DNA of 64,000 bases from Pavona decussata (Eukaryota), in the NCBI GenBank assembly GCA_977016875.1, contig CDRNST010000148.1, positions 3,162,001 to 3,226,000 of the forward strand. The letters run 5' to 3'. Shown piece after piece: positions 38,401-53,600 of this stretch; positions within the stretch are counted from its first letter, which is position 1; the number at the start of each line of letters is the position of its first letter. The position numbers and the translations under genes were made by a program. The notes below the pieces were generated by a model. That model was given only the letters and a program-made list of their open reading frames with translations. It did no database searches and was not told the DNA's origin.

Positions 38401-41400
38401 ATGACTACGAGTTTTTGTACATGCCAGTCACCCTCGCGTGGAAGAAAAATCGTTGACGATGCCTCCTCGTCGGAGCACGAAAAGTTGGCGGAAGAGTTAG
38501 AACCGCTACCCAATGGCTTCACCCACGGACAGCATGAACAGGAAAACGCTCCCTGTTTATCCGAGGATGAATCCGTGGAAACTATCAAGAAAACTGAAAG
38601 ACGGCAGCGGATTAAGCGCGTTTGGCAGTACTATCTGAAGCATAACACTCTTCATGGACTGCATTACGTGTTCGATACCAAATCAATTTGGCGCAAATGT
38701 ATTTGGGTGGCTGTACTCTTAATCGCCGGTGGATTTTTTTTCAACGAGGTCAAGCAAAGCATTACGCAGTATTTCGAGTATCCGTTTAGTACGCTGTCTA
38801 CCGTTGAGTATCCAACGAAAATCTCATTTCCAGCCATTTCAATCTGCGATCTGCGCGACGTTAGGAAAACTATACTAAACAATGTAAACGCGAACTGGAC
38901 GCGTGATAACAGGACGGGAGAGATTTCCACGGGATCGAGCTCAAATTCTGCCATGAAGGACGCGCTTGAGGAAACGTTTTCAATCTTGGACGAGATTTTA
39001 ATTTCTTGCTCTTTGAGGCGAGGAGTTAATCCCCATTTAGCTTTGCCTTGTGATAGGAAAAATTTCTCTCTGTTTCTATCTTCTGAAGGGCATACATGTT
39101 ATACATTTAACTTTGGGGTTAATGGGAACGCTATTTTGGAAACAGATAATGTTGGCCCGTCGTATGGTGTACATATGATATTGAATACACGGCCTGTAGA
39201 AGAAGGGAAGACGTATGGCAGCAGTGGGCTTAAAGTTATACTACACCAACAGGAGGAATTACCTCTAAAGCGAGTGGGATTCCACGTCCCTTCTGGCTAT
39301 GTGACTTACGTTGATATGAAAAAGCAAAAGGTAATATCTTCTCTGTTTTTGTCCACTATTTTGGATTAATGTAGCCTGCGTGCAGCCGCCCGCTCTCCTC
39401 CAAAAAAAGGAGAAGAGCGGGTGGCTGTTGTACACAGGCTAGGATAAATATATTTTGGTTTCGCCTTGACGTAAACTCTTAAAGCTTGACAATGTACTTG
39501 ATCACTTTTAAAAGAAATTCCGGACAGACGCATGTTCATAATCAGCGTACCGCGGATGTTTCTGCGCGAATTTATCATGATTATTGTCATGTACCAGGCG
39601 CAGAATCTAGACTGTTCGTCAAGCCTATTCACATGGTAAAATCAGCGCTTACGTTTGCACTAGTGCTTAGGAATAACTTTCTAGATTTTTAAAATCCGTT
39701 TCAATTTTACTTTTCATTTTAAGAGAATTTGTGTTATTTAATCAAATCAGCGAACTTAGGCACATTTATTCATCATATTAAAGTCGCGTCTCAAAACAAT
39801 ACGGTTTCAGATGCAATTTGAATCACTCTGCAGTCCGCTCGACTTTCGCTTCATTCGCCTCTAAAAGTAAAGAGCGCGCGGTTGATAAGTTTATTTACTT
39901 TATTGCCAATTTTTCTGCGGCGTTGATTCCTGACACTCGACGCGAATAAAATACGTGGTATAAAATTGACCTTGAGGCTACTTTTTTTAAAAGAAGTTTG
40001 TGCTAATAAGGCAAATCAACCAACTTATTCATTTTTCATTATCGAACTGAGAAATTGAATCAGAACATTTATTTTCTCTTAATATAGATTGTTTACGTTT
40101 GTTACCTCGGTTTCAACACCTCTCTTCCAACAACGACCTTTTTTTTCATCTAATTTTGAATAACCACTTTTGTTTTATTTTTCATGATTTCTGGGAGTTA
40201 GTCCTGATTTTCTTGGCCGAAAATTACATGCTGGTGTAAGCATTTGCAGTAATGACGCAGATAAAAGAAAACAACATATATGTTGTCCGCAAGAAAAAAG
40301 TTTCGTTGTAAAGGATTGAACGGCCCGCTGAGTGTTTTCAACTCCAACACAAGGGCAATTATTTTGCCTTAGTGGCGCATCAGTTGGTCGACAGCAAACA
40401 AATTAAATAATCAAATTCGAATGAATGCCAAATTTATGATTGGAAGACCGCTTTTGGTTTTTAGGTTTCCTGTTACTCACAAAATAAATTCTAGTCCCGG
40501 CTTCCGGGTATCTTCTTCCAGACGCCCGATAATTTGATTTCGACTAATAATAATTGCCTTATCGCCGCTGGCTTAAATTTATTTAAATTCAAATTTATGA
40601 CGGAACATTCACCTTCCAATTGCGAACAAAAGCTTTCATTATATGAAGTATTCCGTGAACGTAGCTTGACCGCAGGGTGATTAAAATTTTACAACGAAAA
40701 AAACATGTGGTAACGTCAAGTTTTGGTGCGAACGATTTTTCAGCCCACAAAGCTTACATCACTGACATGCCAATCATTCTCTTCAAGGCGCTTTACTGGT
40801 TGCTTTCTGAAGAGCGACTTTTATCCCATCTGAGATTAAGATCAGTTTTCAAATTAAACGTTGTTTATGTAGTGAAATTCAAAATTGGAAATTTTCCCGA
40901 AACAGTTTCATTTCAAGGACTTTTGAAATACCTTTCGTATCCCATCTGTAATAAATGTATTGTCATTAGACCCTGAACTGAAAACAGTTCAGCGAATTGT
41001 TTCGAAGATCCTTTTTCCCATCAAACAACAAAAACCCTTTTAGTCCAGAAATCAAATCATGGTGCAGGCATTCTGCAGTGCTTATTTCTTAATTGGGAGG
41101 AAAATAACGCTGAATTGGAATGCGTCATCTCTTAGGAAGAGCATCTAAGTTGACGAAATTCTTCATGAACTTGTTTCTATATTTATGAATTTTTTAAATA
41201 TTTGTATATAATTTTTTTTAATATTACCATATCACCTTTTTTCGGGGACTTCAAGGTATTTTTTTCTTTATTAAATTTACACCGCAAGGGTTCGTTTTAT
41301 TTTGGCGTCCAATATCGCAAAAATCTAGAATTCCCCGCTGATATGCCAATAGTTGTGTCGTATAAGAGACGCACGATATTCGATATTTAAAACCGAATGT

Positions 41401-44400
41401 TTTTCTCTTTAGTTCACTTGTTATTGCTTGTAGGGAATATTTTTTTCCCTCACTGAGGGGGAGGCTCAGTTGTGGTTGAGTTATCTCGATACATATAATT
41501 CACTATCCGTAAATCTTACAACATAGATAATTCATATGTGCGACACATGAAAAAAAGAAAGCCAGAAAAAAAACCCACATATTTTAAGAAAGTGAAGTAA
41601 CCCTTTTTTATTTTCATTTATGATAAGCGATGATGTTAAATATCCAAACAACCTTGAAAATTAAATAATTTCGTTGATGTTCTTGTTTACAAAACACCAG
41701 TCTTCATGTTAAAGACTCTTGCTGTTTTGGTAGACAAGCTGGTGGCAAATAAATCCATTGTTTCTTAAACTGCCTAATGAAAAATTCAGCAATTGTTAGG
41801 AAACTAGGAATCTTATCAAATTCAAGGTCCTTCATAAGCCGCTCAGTGAGACACCGAGAGCTCCTCTGGGAGAGTTTTTGTTGTCATAAATACACAGACA
41901 AGATTACAAACAATACCCAACATTTATGATCGATGATAGACTTCGTGTTCTTAACTCGACCGCGGAAGGACAAATCAAGTGTATTGTCTTTCTTAAACGG
42001 ACAGCATTTGTAATGTTACCAAACAATCGCGGACAGACTGGGCACTAAGGTGGTGCCCAGCTCTACCGAGTCACAGTACAAAAGCCAATAATCGGATTTG
42101 AATCAAGGTAAAGCTGACAATAATACCCGGTATTAATGAAGGTCTATTGCTTTTATCAAAGTGATTGCCAACGGTGTTGAGGAAACTCACTGAAACGTAT
42201 ACACAAAAAGTTTTTTTTGAACACAAAAAGTGCTTAAAATTCATGTCTTTAGAGAAGACCATGCTTTGGTATTTGTAACATTTATTAAAACAATTGAGGT
42301 TATCGGTGACGTTTTAGTTTTTAATAACAATAGCCTTAGAGCTACCTTATTCCGTTTTCTTTTACAGCTTAAAAATCTTCCCAAACCTTTTCGTACTGAC
42401 TGTGGCGGAAAAAGTCTGGATTATTTCCCAGAATATTCTCGAAACAAATGTTTCCTCGAAGAAATGACCAAACACGTTAGCACCAAATGTGGCTGCAGAG
42501 GCTGGTTCATGCCAGGTCAGTTAATTCTCTTATTTACCTATCTGTGACGCAATATGACCAAGAGGCAGTTTGATATTTTCTTCCTGGTAGATGATGGTGT
42601 GGGTTGACAAATCATTTCAACATGAGTCACTTTTTTCTGGTAACTGTAAACCTTTTCGTGTAGTTTTCCTTTAAACGGTCACAATCTAGCCATTTGGAAA
42701 CTTGGCGAAGCTATCTGGGGACGCGCCGTTTTATTTTTGATGGCGGGTGTGCAATTTCTTTTTTCTATTTAGATTTCGTCTTGTGGGGGAGGTGGAGTGG
42801 GGGGTGGAGGTCAAGGACTTTGCATTCATTTGTATTACACTTTGCACTAATGTTTCCTCTACAAAAGTTCCGCAGATTCTCTTCTTTTAAATGTTTAGCT
42901 AAGCCTCCAATCAGCCAAGCGAACGACGCTGTCTAGCGGCCATGAAAAATTTTCAAACGTTCTGCAAGAAAAATACAGACAATTTTGGAATGTTCCGTTT
43001 AAAACGAAAGACTTGAAGTAGTTTCCAACTACGTACGTATTTTACGTCAAGTATCCCCGTAAAAGTTAGTAGCCATTTTATTCTCTCCCTTTCCCATCAA
43101 TATTTCTTATAAAATTCAGCCAGCTTTTTACTGATGCATATTTCAAGGTACTCATGAAAAACATGGTATCGTTGTCTGTTTGTGGTTGTTCAAACATTCG
43201 CTTGTTTTCTCATGTCCCTGACGGCGCTGACCTCTAATGACATTCATCACACTCACCTGCAAAGACAGCTTTTTATTTCAGTGAATCAGGTTGAACAAAA
43301 TGCTTGGCCAAATCAGTGAGTCAGGAAACAGTTCCAACCGTTCACGCTTTCCCTTTTTCTCTTGTCGCAGAAATGCGCGATAATGTTACAGTGTGTTCTT
43401 TAAACAGGACTCTGGAATGTATGTGGCCTATCTGGGGTAAGTAGGATTATCAACATTGTAAGACAACAAATGTACTCAGCCAGCATTGTCAATATGGCCC
43501 TCACGCTACTTCAATGACATTGTAGTCGTCTACACAATAGCCTCATTAAATGAGTAATTCTGAATTTTATGGAAGAAAAACAAAGAGAACAGGGAATTTT
43601 CATTTTTTTTAATGTTCGCCGCTGTTAGCGTGTCTTCCTACCCCCTATATAGTTAGTCCTGACTAACGAAACAATGCCTGGCCATGTGGTTCGACAAGCC
43701 TCCCAGATCGGTCATCAATTTTAATTGGCCGCACAACTTCATTAATTGAATCTTTTCCTCTTTTATTTGTTAGAGGAATACGAACAATCGCACAGCAACA
43801 CCTGCCCAGTGGATTGTGAAAAGGTGTCATATGAAGCACAATTATCTACAGCTTTGTATTTGCCTCAGAAGCTTTTGCCTCTGAGAAAGTATTCCTACCT
43901 CAAGGAAGCCAAACACATGCCTAACGATACAGACGGCATGGTGAAGTTTATATTGTAAGTGGTGACTGGAAACGCTTCTTTTATTAAGTTGTTAAGACTT
44001 CTTAAAACATTTATACTAGTCACAAAAAGGGGTTTGCACTTAAACTGATAGGGATATTTAGATGCCTTACAGAAGACGTAAATTGACCAATTACATGTAT
44101 GCAGGTGAAGGGCTTGTAAAAATAGTATGAGGCATTAGTGTGTTGTTTAGAACGCCACCTAAAACAACTCCGGACTTTGATCTTACTTACGTTTTTTTTT
44201 TCTAGCCCCCCACCCCCACCTCAGCCAGCTTGTAGTGTTAAAGAAAACATCACCAAACTGTGACTTTTCCTAAAATGTATCCAACAACAATTGACATTAA
44301 GTGTTCATGTGACTTGATGTTTGCAAAACAACAAGCTTTGACAGCCCTCATTTTCGAAATTTGTTTCATTTTTATGTCTTTTTCTGAAAACCTTCAGTGT

Positions 44401-44859
44401 AACGTCGTTATTTTTGCATCTTAATACGATTTTAGCATTGCTTTATTGGTTGATTACTTTTGAGTCAATGTGAACGGTTTTCTGATGTTTCGGAGAAATG
44501 AAGAAATCCAAGATGGCGGCTTTATATAATCAATGGCGTAACTCTCACGCCATATGACGTCATCACTCATTTTGCTATACCTAACAGTTTACTCCCGAAA
44601 ACCTACCCCCAGTCCATTGCTGAGTGGCTGAGCCCGCAATTAGCGGGAACAAACAGCAAAGTAACTATGGTAACATGACAAAAAATAACCACCAGATAAG
44701 CTAATAACCGATTAAATGTACAAAGAATTAAAGTAAACAGTGTAGAAAAATACAGGTAAAAATTTATCACGTAATGTAAAATTTCTCTACTTGGGTACGT
44801 AGACATCGCCCCAGGGCGCCTGCATTTCAAATTTAGTAGCCTGGTTACTGAGCTAGTAC

Positions 44860-44932
<73 letters not shown>

Positions 44933-45671
44933 ACTAATCCTCCCTTAGGGCTTTTCAGGCTAATTGACAATAAGGGAACTAATTACAATAAATTTATCTA
45001 ACCAGTGCCCCTAAAAGTTTCAATAAATTATTCAAATACCAATCTTTGACAATAACTTGACTTTCTTGTTTCAGAGACTACTATGTAGTGTTATCGTTCT
45101 TCTATAGCGAACTGAAAGTTGACATCTTCGAGCAAACTCCAGTATATGGATTTTTTAGATTAGTAGGTAAGTGTAACGAATGTTTCACTCTCGCTGTCAC
45201 TCAAGCCAGACATCTCTTGAGTGAACACACAGCCAGGGTCCCAGCCATATCTCATACTTTCTAACCGCTCCGTGGAGTGCAAAAACTTGAAACTTGGAAA
45301 GATCCTTAATTTATTTTCAAAGAAAATTCACAATGAAACGATAATGAATGGTTACGCTGAAGAAAAAGATTTCGCTTCACAGACTCCAACGCTAGAATCA
45401 CCCCCATCATGGTCACACTTTTAAGTGTTCGATTTGTAGAGTCTAAAGCGTACTTAATTTTAATTGTACTAAGCAGATAGGATTTTTTTTTTCATGTTTT
45501 AAAATTTTCATTTGTAAATATATCCTGCTTTCCTCAGGTGATGCAGGTGGCCAGCTTGGTCTTGTTTTAGGTGCCAGTTTCATCACAATACTGGAAGTCA
45601 TAGATCTTGTCATCATGTTCGCAATCAATTGGTTCCGGTCCACGCCACGAACGAAAAACACGGAGATCTGA
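38401..45671 (+). CDS. DEG/ENaC (ASIC-like, amiloride-sensitive) channel subunit A, ~516 aa, 6 exons
   Basis: Exons 38401-39330, 42368-42515, 43371-43436, 43774-43954, 45075-45166, 45538-45671; all GT-AG, frame intact (1551 nt). Motifs TLHG, TM1, FPAISIC, CYTFN, Cys-rich thumb, GDAGGQLGLVLGAS. Confidence 0.93.
39372..39441. repeat. Short palindromic MITE-like element
   Basis: TAGCCTG..CAGCCGCCCGCTCT / AGAGCGGGTGGCTG..CAGGCTA inverted arms. Confidence 0.6.
44861..44931. repeat. (TAA)n microsatellite
   Basis: Directly visible. Confidence 0.95.
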
Positions 45672-48600
45672 TGAGTCATTTAGCTTTGTCTAAACTGATT
45701 GAATGGAGGACCAACTGTGTGAGAAATGCTGACAAAAAGGCGTTGACTTGAGTCGTGTAATCACGGTAGTTGAGTAAGCCGTGAGGTGTTATCAGATTCC
45801 ATAAGATGTTCAGTTAGATGTACCCAGGCTGTGCAAAAGCATCGAAAACGCGCAAAGACGTGGTTTGTCGGAATGACAGAAAAAAGAAAAAGCCTTGAAA
45901 ACTTTATTTTAAGAAGTATGCAGAATGTAATGGTTAAGGTCAAGGTTATTTTAAGGAAACACTTTAATGGAGACCAGCAGAAAGACTACCACAGCATTGC
46001 CTGTAAGCTCTCAAGCTGGAAATGTCAAAATTCTTAAAGCATAAGCCTAAACAAATGCTTCATGAAAAGGGAAGAAAGACAAGATCTAGAACATGGTGAG
46101 TGCTATGTCACGTGGGGCACAGCGACACGCCAGATCAGAGGCAGGAAATGCATTTACTGCCTATGCTCTAAGAGGCAAAATGTCAGCCAAAGAAGTTCAA
46201 GTTCCAATCACCGTAAAAACTAAATTGTACAAAGGAACAGCTACATTTAACAAGAAACGTGTTTCCGTTCCCTCCGTTTTTGTTACAGTCTATCGATTTT
46301 TCGCAGTTACCATTACGTTTTCCCTGTTTACATTTTTTTCTCGGTTACTTAATTATCAGGCTCATAGTAAATGCCTGTGCTGGGCCAGATAAATCCGTTT
46401 TTCTGTATGAGCGAATATACCATGTATAATTTCATTTGGTTTTGGGCGTGATATGTTGTGTGCCTACTAATTACAACTGGAAACTGAAACATGAACAGAA
46501 TGAAAACTGAGCAACACCCCCTCCTCCTCCCCGTTGTTATCTGGTCTCTCAACAAATTAAAGTTTTTACGATTTTGTTATTCTTACATTTTTTCAATTAA
46601 ACGCCAAAAGTTACCATTTCTATATAGTTCTGTATATTGTCAAGTTAAAAAAAATATGTATATTTACCTCCTAAAATGTCCTTTTCTCAATCGTTTTTCT
46701 GTAAATGAGTGGAAACGGTGATTTTTCATGAGGTAAAATGCTTGGTGAATCAGGGTAAGGTTGTGTTTAAAAGTAAAAAAAAAGTTTATGTTTAGATTAG
46801 TTTGGACGAATTGAGTAAATCATTAGCGAGGAATATTGTCTAGTTCGTCATTTCAGACACCAGGGGAAAAACGAGGGATGGAATTGCCGTTTTCCAATCT
46901 CTTTCGTTCGCAGTGTTAATTATGAAGCAAAATAAACGGTGTTTTTATATTTATCTTTTGAGTCTTCACGTCTCTCTTTATGTCAGACATTTTGAGCTCA
47001 CATAAAAATAACAACAGCCAATCAATCCTTATCACTTCGCTGTATTTACTTCCAAACAATAGAGCACAGTCGAAATAATAGAAAACAAGCAAACCGGAGA
47101 GTGAAGGAAAACAATAAATTTATGAGATCTCAAAACTAACGGCAGAATATGACAACAATAAACAAGGACAACTAATATTTTGAAGAGCTGGTAGTTATAG
47201 AGGTATGAAATTCTGGGTAACAAGTTATACAAAGAAGCTGGAAAGGCTCAGATATCGCTCGGTGGTCAGGAAGTGCAATTAAATTCTCTGTCAGGGAATT
47301 TTATTTGCACTGAGGGTAATTTTGTAGCTATATATCTTTTTATTGTTATAGCAACTAATCAAATGAATACATTGAAGAAAAAGCTGGAACAAATTAATAC
47401 AAATAAAAAATTGAAACTGTTCATAATTTAAGGGACCTTATTTTTCTATTTGAGGCCAGTATGACTCATAATAAAAGTAAAATATCGAGTACCAACATGT
47501 CGAAACGTAGGTCAGTATAGTTCTCCATACAAATCACTCTAATCTTGCACCAACGCATAATTAGAGAGATCTATATAGAGAAATTACGCTCACATCCCAC
47601 TTTGAATATCTTTAGAATAGGTATCTTTGTTCTGCAAAAATAGAAGCTGGGTTGATTTCTGCCCCTTCATTCCCCGATTTAACCTAAAGTGGTTGTAACT
47701 TTCGAGTGTCGAACTATCACTTGTTCAAATAAGAACTTTGTACTGAAGCAGTGCTGCCCTGTGATACGGTTTATCACACCTTGCGAGGCGCGGCAAGACT
47801 TTCAAGTCTGTGAATAAGACATCGTTGATCGCGTTACCATTTAAGTAACAGTACATTCTTTATGGGTGGCTGGAAATATCTGGAGTCAGTGGATGATTTC
47901 CTGAAGGCAACCATTTAAATCTTGGAAAATAAAAATAAATCACTTTCTTTAAGTGTCAATGTATTTAGCGCAAAGCTCTAATTGGAGACAGATCGAACTG
48001 AAATTTAGAAATGTTGGTTTTTGACATTCTGCAAACCAGATTTGAAACTTTTTTCTCGATTTTTTAAGTGTGCACTACCATAGGAAAACGAAATTTATTA
48101 ATATGAATTTTCTTTCGAAATTCCGCAGTGATTTTATCACTGTGCAATAATCCTACATTACCGAGTCTGGTATAAAAAAAGGGGCACCCAAACAACCAAC
48201 GTTTCCTGCGTTTTCAGGTCGTTTTTAAAGACTTATTTATCAAAGCTGACACAACTTAATCCATGTTTCTGAGGTGATTATTGCCTCCAGACCAGATGTT
48301 CAACCGAAATGATCCCTCGTGTGCCAGTGAACATATCATACACGCATTACCCATACAAATACCGCATCACAGTTGGCGAAAAAAATGAAATCATTCAAAT
48401 CTTTTTTCGTTTCTAGAGGAAATCTGCCACCGCTAGCGAAAGAAACTTTAATTTTGATAACGAACTTAAACCACTAATTCCAGAGATAAGAAATTTTAGT
48501 CTGATATAACCATCAAGTAAGTTTATGCTGGTGATTACCCGCAATATTTTGTCTTCTTTTCGACTGTTGTTTTAAAGCCACCGCTGTTATTGGCAATTTA

Positions 48601-50602
48601 AAGTCATTGCCCAAAAGTATTTTTCCAAATTTTCCCTGGTGTTAATTGAGACTGAAACTTATTTTTAGTCTTAAACGCGTTAAATTGCTAAATTGAATTC
48701 GCTTTTCAGTAAATCTGATAATCTTAAAATTAATATTAACACGATCCATTATTACAGATCTATAACATTTAGTTGAAATTTTGTGGATTGCGTTGGCGTT
48801 GTTGGGCTTCTTTCAGAGACTTCCCTTTTCCCTTTTGCTAATGTTATCGCTTCTACCTTTTTTCTGGCCCAGCGAAATTGGCTTAAGTGATATTTCTTTT
48901 GATGGACCAAATCAACTTTCGCTCCACATGTTTTTATAAAATCACAGAAAATCGTTTGCGGTTCTTGTTCCAAATCGCGGCTAACGCACCGGTTACATGA
49001 ATTATTAAATGTTTGCGAATTTTGGCTTAGACAGAATTTGAAATTTACTTTTAAAAGGTGAACTCGCGCTCAATATATATTCGTTACGAGGATTTAGATC
49101 CATCCGAGATCCAGTGTTAATTTTTGTCAAAGTTGGTAGTGGATTAGTAATATCAATATAAAGATTATCAATAACAATGCAAAAATAGTCCACGGCGAAC
49201 ATTACCGTACACTTTTGAAAAAGGAAAAAAAACGCTTTTGCTTTTCGACTTTTTGTCGCTGAGGATTGAGTTTTTTACTTGTGGATTAAGCGATTGCTTT
49301 TATCGCTAATGTGTTTGGCACTGGTTTGTTGAATCCGCCAAACAAATTCCATCTCGTAGCAACTATCAGCACTTCCTGTAAAATGTTCAAAGCTTCTTAC
49401 TGTTAAATTAATTTGCATAGGAAATATAAATAAAGGAAAAAAACCAGAAAATTTCATGAAATTGTTCTTAATTTAAGATATTTTTGTTCTCTGTGAGACG
49501 AAGGCTAGACAAAGTCATATTTTTCCCTGATTGCTAGAAGTGGTTGTTCGAAAAGTTGGCGCGCACTAAAATTGACAATGAAATAAGCGCCTCCGGCAGG
49601 GTCCCCTAGGTCACAGGTTTGGAAAAGAAAAACAAAAAGATGCTCTCGGTTGAAGTAGTGCAATACAAGTACAGCACATATTCCTTTCGCCATTTTTTCA
49701 GTGATGTATTCTAATCATTCACTTATTTTGCATCTTTGTGTTTTATGATGATTCTAAGGGTGTATAGCGGGACAAAGCACATTAATAATGAATCGTGTGC
49801 ACGCGTCTTAATCATCAAAAAGCGACAATTTAAAGGCCTTTCATACTGTTTCATTCTTTCTAGTGCCAAGAGAGGACTCATCCAAACATCAACACATCGT
49901 ACTGTCGTAAAAATTTCATCTTCACTTACATCTTCACCGTAAAAGGTTATCAACCAACGGAACACATAGCAATAAATTATAATTTGACAACAATTTAGAA
50001 ACGATAAGATAAATAAATCATATCTTTTCTAAAATACAGATACAAATGTAATAAGTTCACACAATTATTTGGTCGGAATAAAGCAGTTTTAAGATTTTAT
50101 TACTTCCTTTGTTAGCTTGTGTAATACCGTATTGAAAGGAGAAGATACCTGTTAACACGATGTGGCGAAAGTTAAAGAGCAATATTTTTGGCGAATGAGG
50201 TTACGCTGAAGGAAATAAGTCACAGGGAGATACAGTGCGGTATTTCCCCGGTCCGATACCACCTGCCGGTCATAATTGTCCCTTAAAAAGAAACACGCCA
50301 CTCATCCAAATATATGACGTCCTTTGACATGCAAATTCGGCTTTTAATTGGCAGGGAATTCAATCCAGTGTGTGATTGGTTTTGCATACTTCACCCCGGC
50401 GAAGTGGAGAAAGATTCAATTAAAGACCAACATGGGTATATAAGTGAAATTTAATAGTGATTTGGTCATTTTTCGATCTTATGAAGCCGTCAGAGATAAA
50501 CTCGTTCGATTTTGGACACATTTTAACTGGGCTGGGAAGAAAATTTGTTCAACGTTTGGGATTTGATGGTGCTTAACTGTTTCGCTGTGAGAGTCGGTAA
50601 AC

Positions 50603-53600
50603 ATGTCTAACTTGTACAACGAAAACGATTCTACGGGCGATGACGCGGGTGATGTAAAAATTATTATCAAAGGCAGCGATAACAAAATCAGCCCGGGCGC
50701 TAACAACGTTTATGCTTTCTGCAATCACTGCAAGAAAGACATTTCCGTTGTGTACATCAAGTCAGAGGCAAACGGAAAGGACATGGCGGTGACAGAGACG
50801 ATGAAATCCAACTGGCCTGCCGTGGGAGATGGATCCTACCCCGAAAATGACTACGAAAAATGCAAGAAAAACAACGATTATCAAAGCTGCAAGAAGCTGC
50901 TGGACGAAAAGAAGAAATCGGACAAGATCCATGACCTGTGGTTATCATTTCTGGACTCGTGCACATTGCACGGTTTTCATTTTTGCTTCGCGGGTAATCC
51001 ACCCATACGAAGGGTTATTTGGACGCTGCTTTTGCTCGGGGCGTTCGCGCTGTTTTTTGAAAAGTGCATGACGAGCATCAACAGCTTCTTTGAGTATCCG
51101 TTCACCACCACCACAGTTGTCGTCTACGAAGACAGTATGGTGTTTCCTGCTGTTTCTATCTGCAATTACAACGACGCTCGTCTGTCTAAAATGAATGGAA
51201 CTCTCGTCCACGAACTCTTCGTGTGCCGTAACGCGGGCAAAAATTGCAGTCATCTTGAAGGTAACATAACAGGCGAAACCATGAAAGAAACCCTGTCACA
51301 GGCGGCACATCGCCTCGACGAAATGATTTTGGAATGCAAATGGGGAAAGGGGAGAAGCTGCGATTACAAGAATTTCACCGAGTTTAACAATGCTTTAGGG
51401 GATGTTTGCTTTACCTTTAATTCTGGTAAAAACGGTACTCGTGCTTTAAATACCACGAACACGGGTGAACAGAATGGTCTTCGCTTGCTTATCGACGTAC
51501 AACACATCGATTACTATTTCGATGTGGAAAATGCTGGTTTCAGAGTTATTCTGCACGATCAAGCTGAGACGCCGGTTAAAATGCAAGGATACGCTGTGTC
51601 ACCCGGCTTTACGACTTACATGGAACTTCGGAAGCGAAAGGTACGTGGAAAATCCTATCGTGTAGCAGCAACTTTTAATGATTAAGTTTTGAAAAGGAAC
51701 TCCCCCCCAGCTTGTGCCTGCATATCTAATTTATGTTATTTAATGATAACCTTCGAATTTAACCGGGGAATCTTGATACATTTTGCAACACTTGACGTTA
51801 ATTTAATGTTTTTACCGTTATCTAACGTCTGACGAACAATTATTTGTAGTTGATCAGACGAAACGATAAAAAGTGAAAAAAATATCTCCAATGATTGGTT
51901 TTGAATTAGATCTTGTTTATCAAAAATAATAAAGCAAAAAATGCAAATTATTCTTTAATTACAGTACTACGGACTCTACTTTGTAGTCTGTGTTGCAAAC
52001 AAATCGATAAAAGATAACTTCCATAAAATCTAACTTTCTTTGTTTGATTTGTGTCTTACTCCACACGGGCGAAAGAGGTCAACTCGCCCGGGCCTTGAAC
52101 GATGATTAGAATATTGAATTAATTCGGGATGGCAAAAAGTTGGAGCAAATGGCAGTTTCCAACTTCAAAGAGCATAACTAAGTACTAAGCTTTAGCTTGC
52201 ATGCGTATTTGTGTTGTAATACTTAATGATTGAATTCAATCTGTTTCCTTGTTTCGAAACTTAACCGCAAAAGACGTAGAACCTTCAGTTGGAATCAATG
52301 CCCTTCACGCACAGTGCCATGTGGCACGCAAATAACTGATTTAATTCAATTTAATTCAATTTAACTCTACCTTGGATATGTACATTGTCAGCTAATTATA
52401 ACGGAAGAAAGCAACTAGTTCATTGATTTCAGTTCAGTTTTTTATCCATTAAAAAATTCAGTGACAACCACAAATGTGACTGCTTATTGAGTTCTCATGC
52501 TGAGGGTAAGGTAATGTACTCAGTGAAAACAAACTGAATCGGTAATTGTGGTTGACTTGTTTTCGTCAAGGTCACGGTGTTTTTATCTGACAATTGAAAA
52601 TTCGGGACAAAACAAGAACCGAAAACAACCGAGTGCATCACGTACTGTGACACAAAAAGATTTGTGATTACATCGGAAACAAGAAATTAATTAGAAGTCC
52701 TCGCATTGTTCCCCTTATTGCTTCGGGAATGGCAGATCTTGGTTTACTAGTTTTCTAGAAAAAACTTATTTCTTTATTGTCATTGGCCTGGTTTTGAAAT
52801 TATAGCGATAGTATGCCGTACGGCCCTTCTATGTTAAAACCCGTTTTTATTTAGATGCTAACGTAACTTACTTTCACAACCATGCTTCCTTTTTATACAA
52901 AGGCTGGTTCAATGGCATACTTGGTGCTCGCTTTGCTTGTTCAGTTGTTTCATTATCTCAAGCCAAATTTTTTCCATCCGGCACTCACTGGAGAGCTGAG
53001 GGTCGGGCGTGTATGTTGAGATGAATTACCATCCGCTGTTTTTATTGGCTCAAATTTAAGGGGCACAATCTACGTTGGGTGCCCCAACTCCCTCACCTCA
53101 CCCAGAACTGGCCCAGGAAATGACAAAAAAGAAAATGGGATTGACATTAATTTTGTATTTTCAGGTGACGAACCTACCGCATCCCTACCGTACCAAGTGC
53201 GGAATGCCCCAGCTGCAGTTCTTTGACTCTTACAGTAAATCCAAATGTTTCTTGGACAGACTGACTCGTTACGTTGTCAAGCAGTGCCATTGTCGTGATT
53301 GGTTCATGCCGGGTAAGTCTGCCTACACAGTTTTTGAAGTGCATATTGATCTGTTCCATTGAAAGAGAAGGTCTTCAACTGCTCTAAGAGATTGTTAATA
53401 AAAGTTATTGTTCCTCGACCTCCTACTGTTCCACTTAGTAGGTTGAGAGATCCTAACTAGTAGACACATGCACCCGATGGGGACCTATTTTTAACCTAAG
53501 TTATATTGACCCATAAAACCCACGGTATTTCAAGCCGCCAGAACAATACCGAATTTACCGTATTACGGATTACACTGTATGTACAGGGCCGTTCTGAAAA

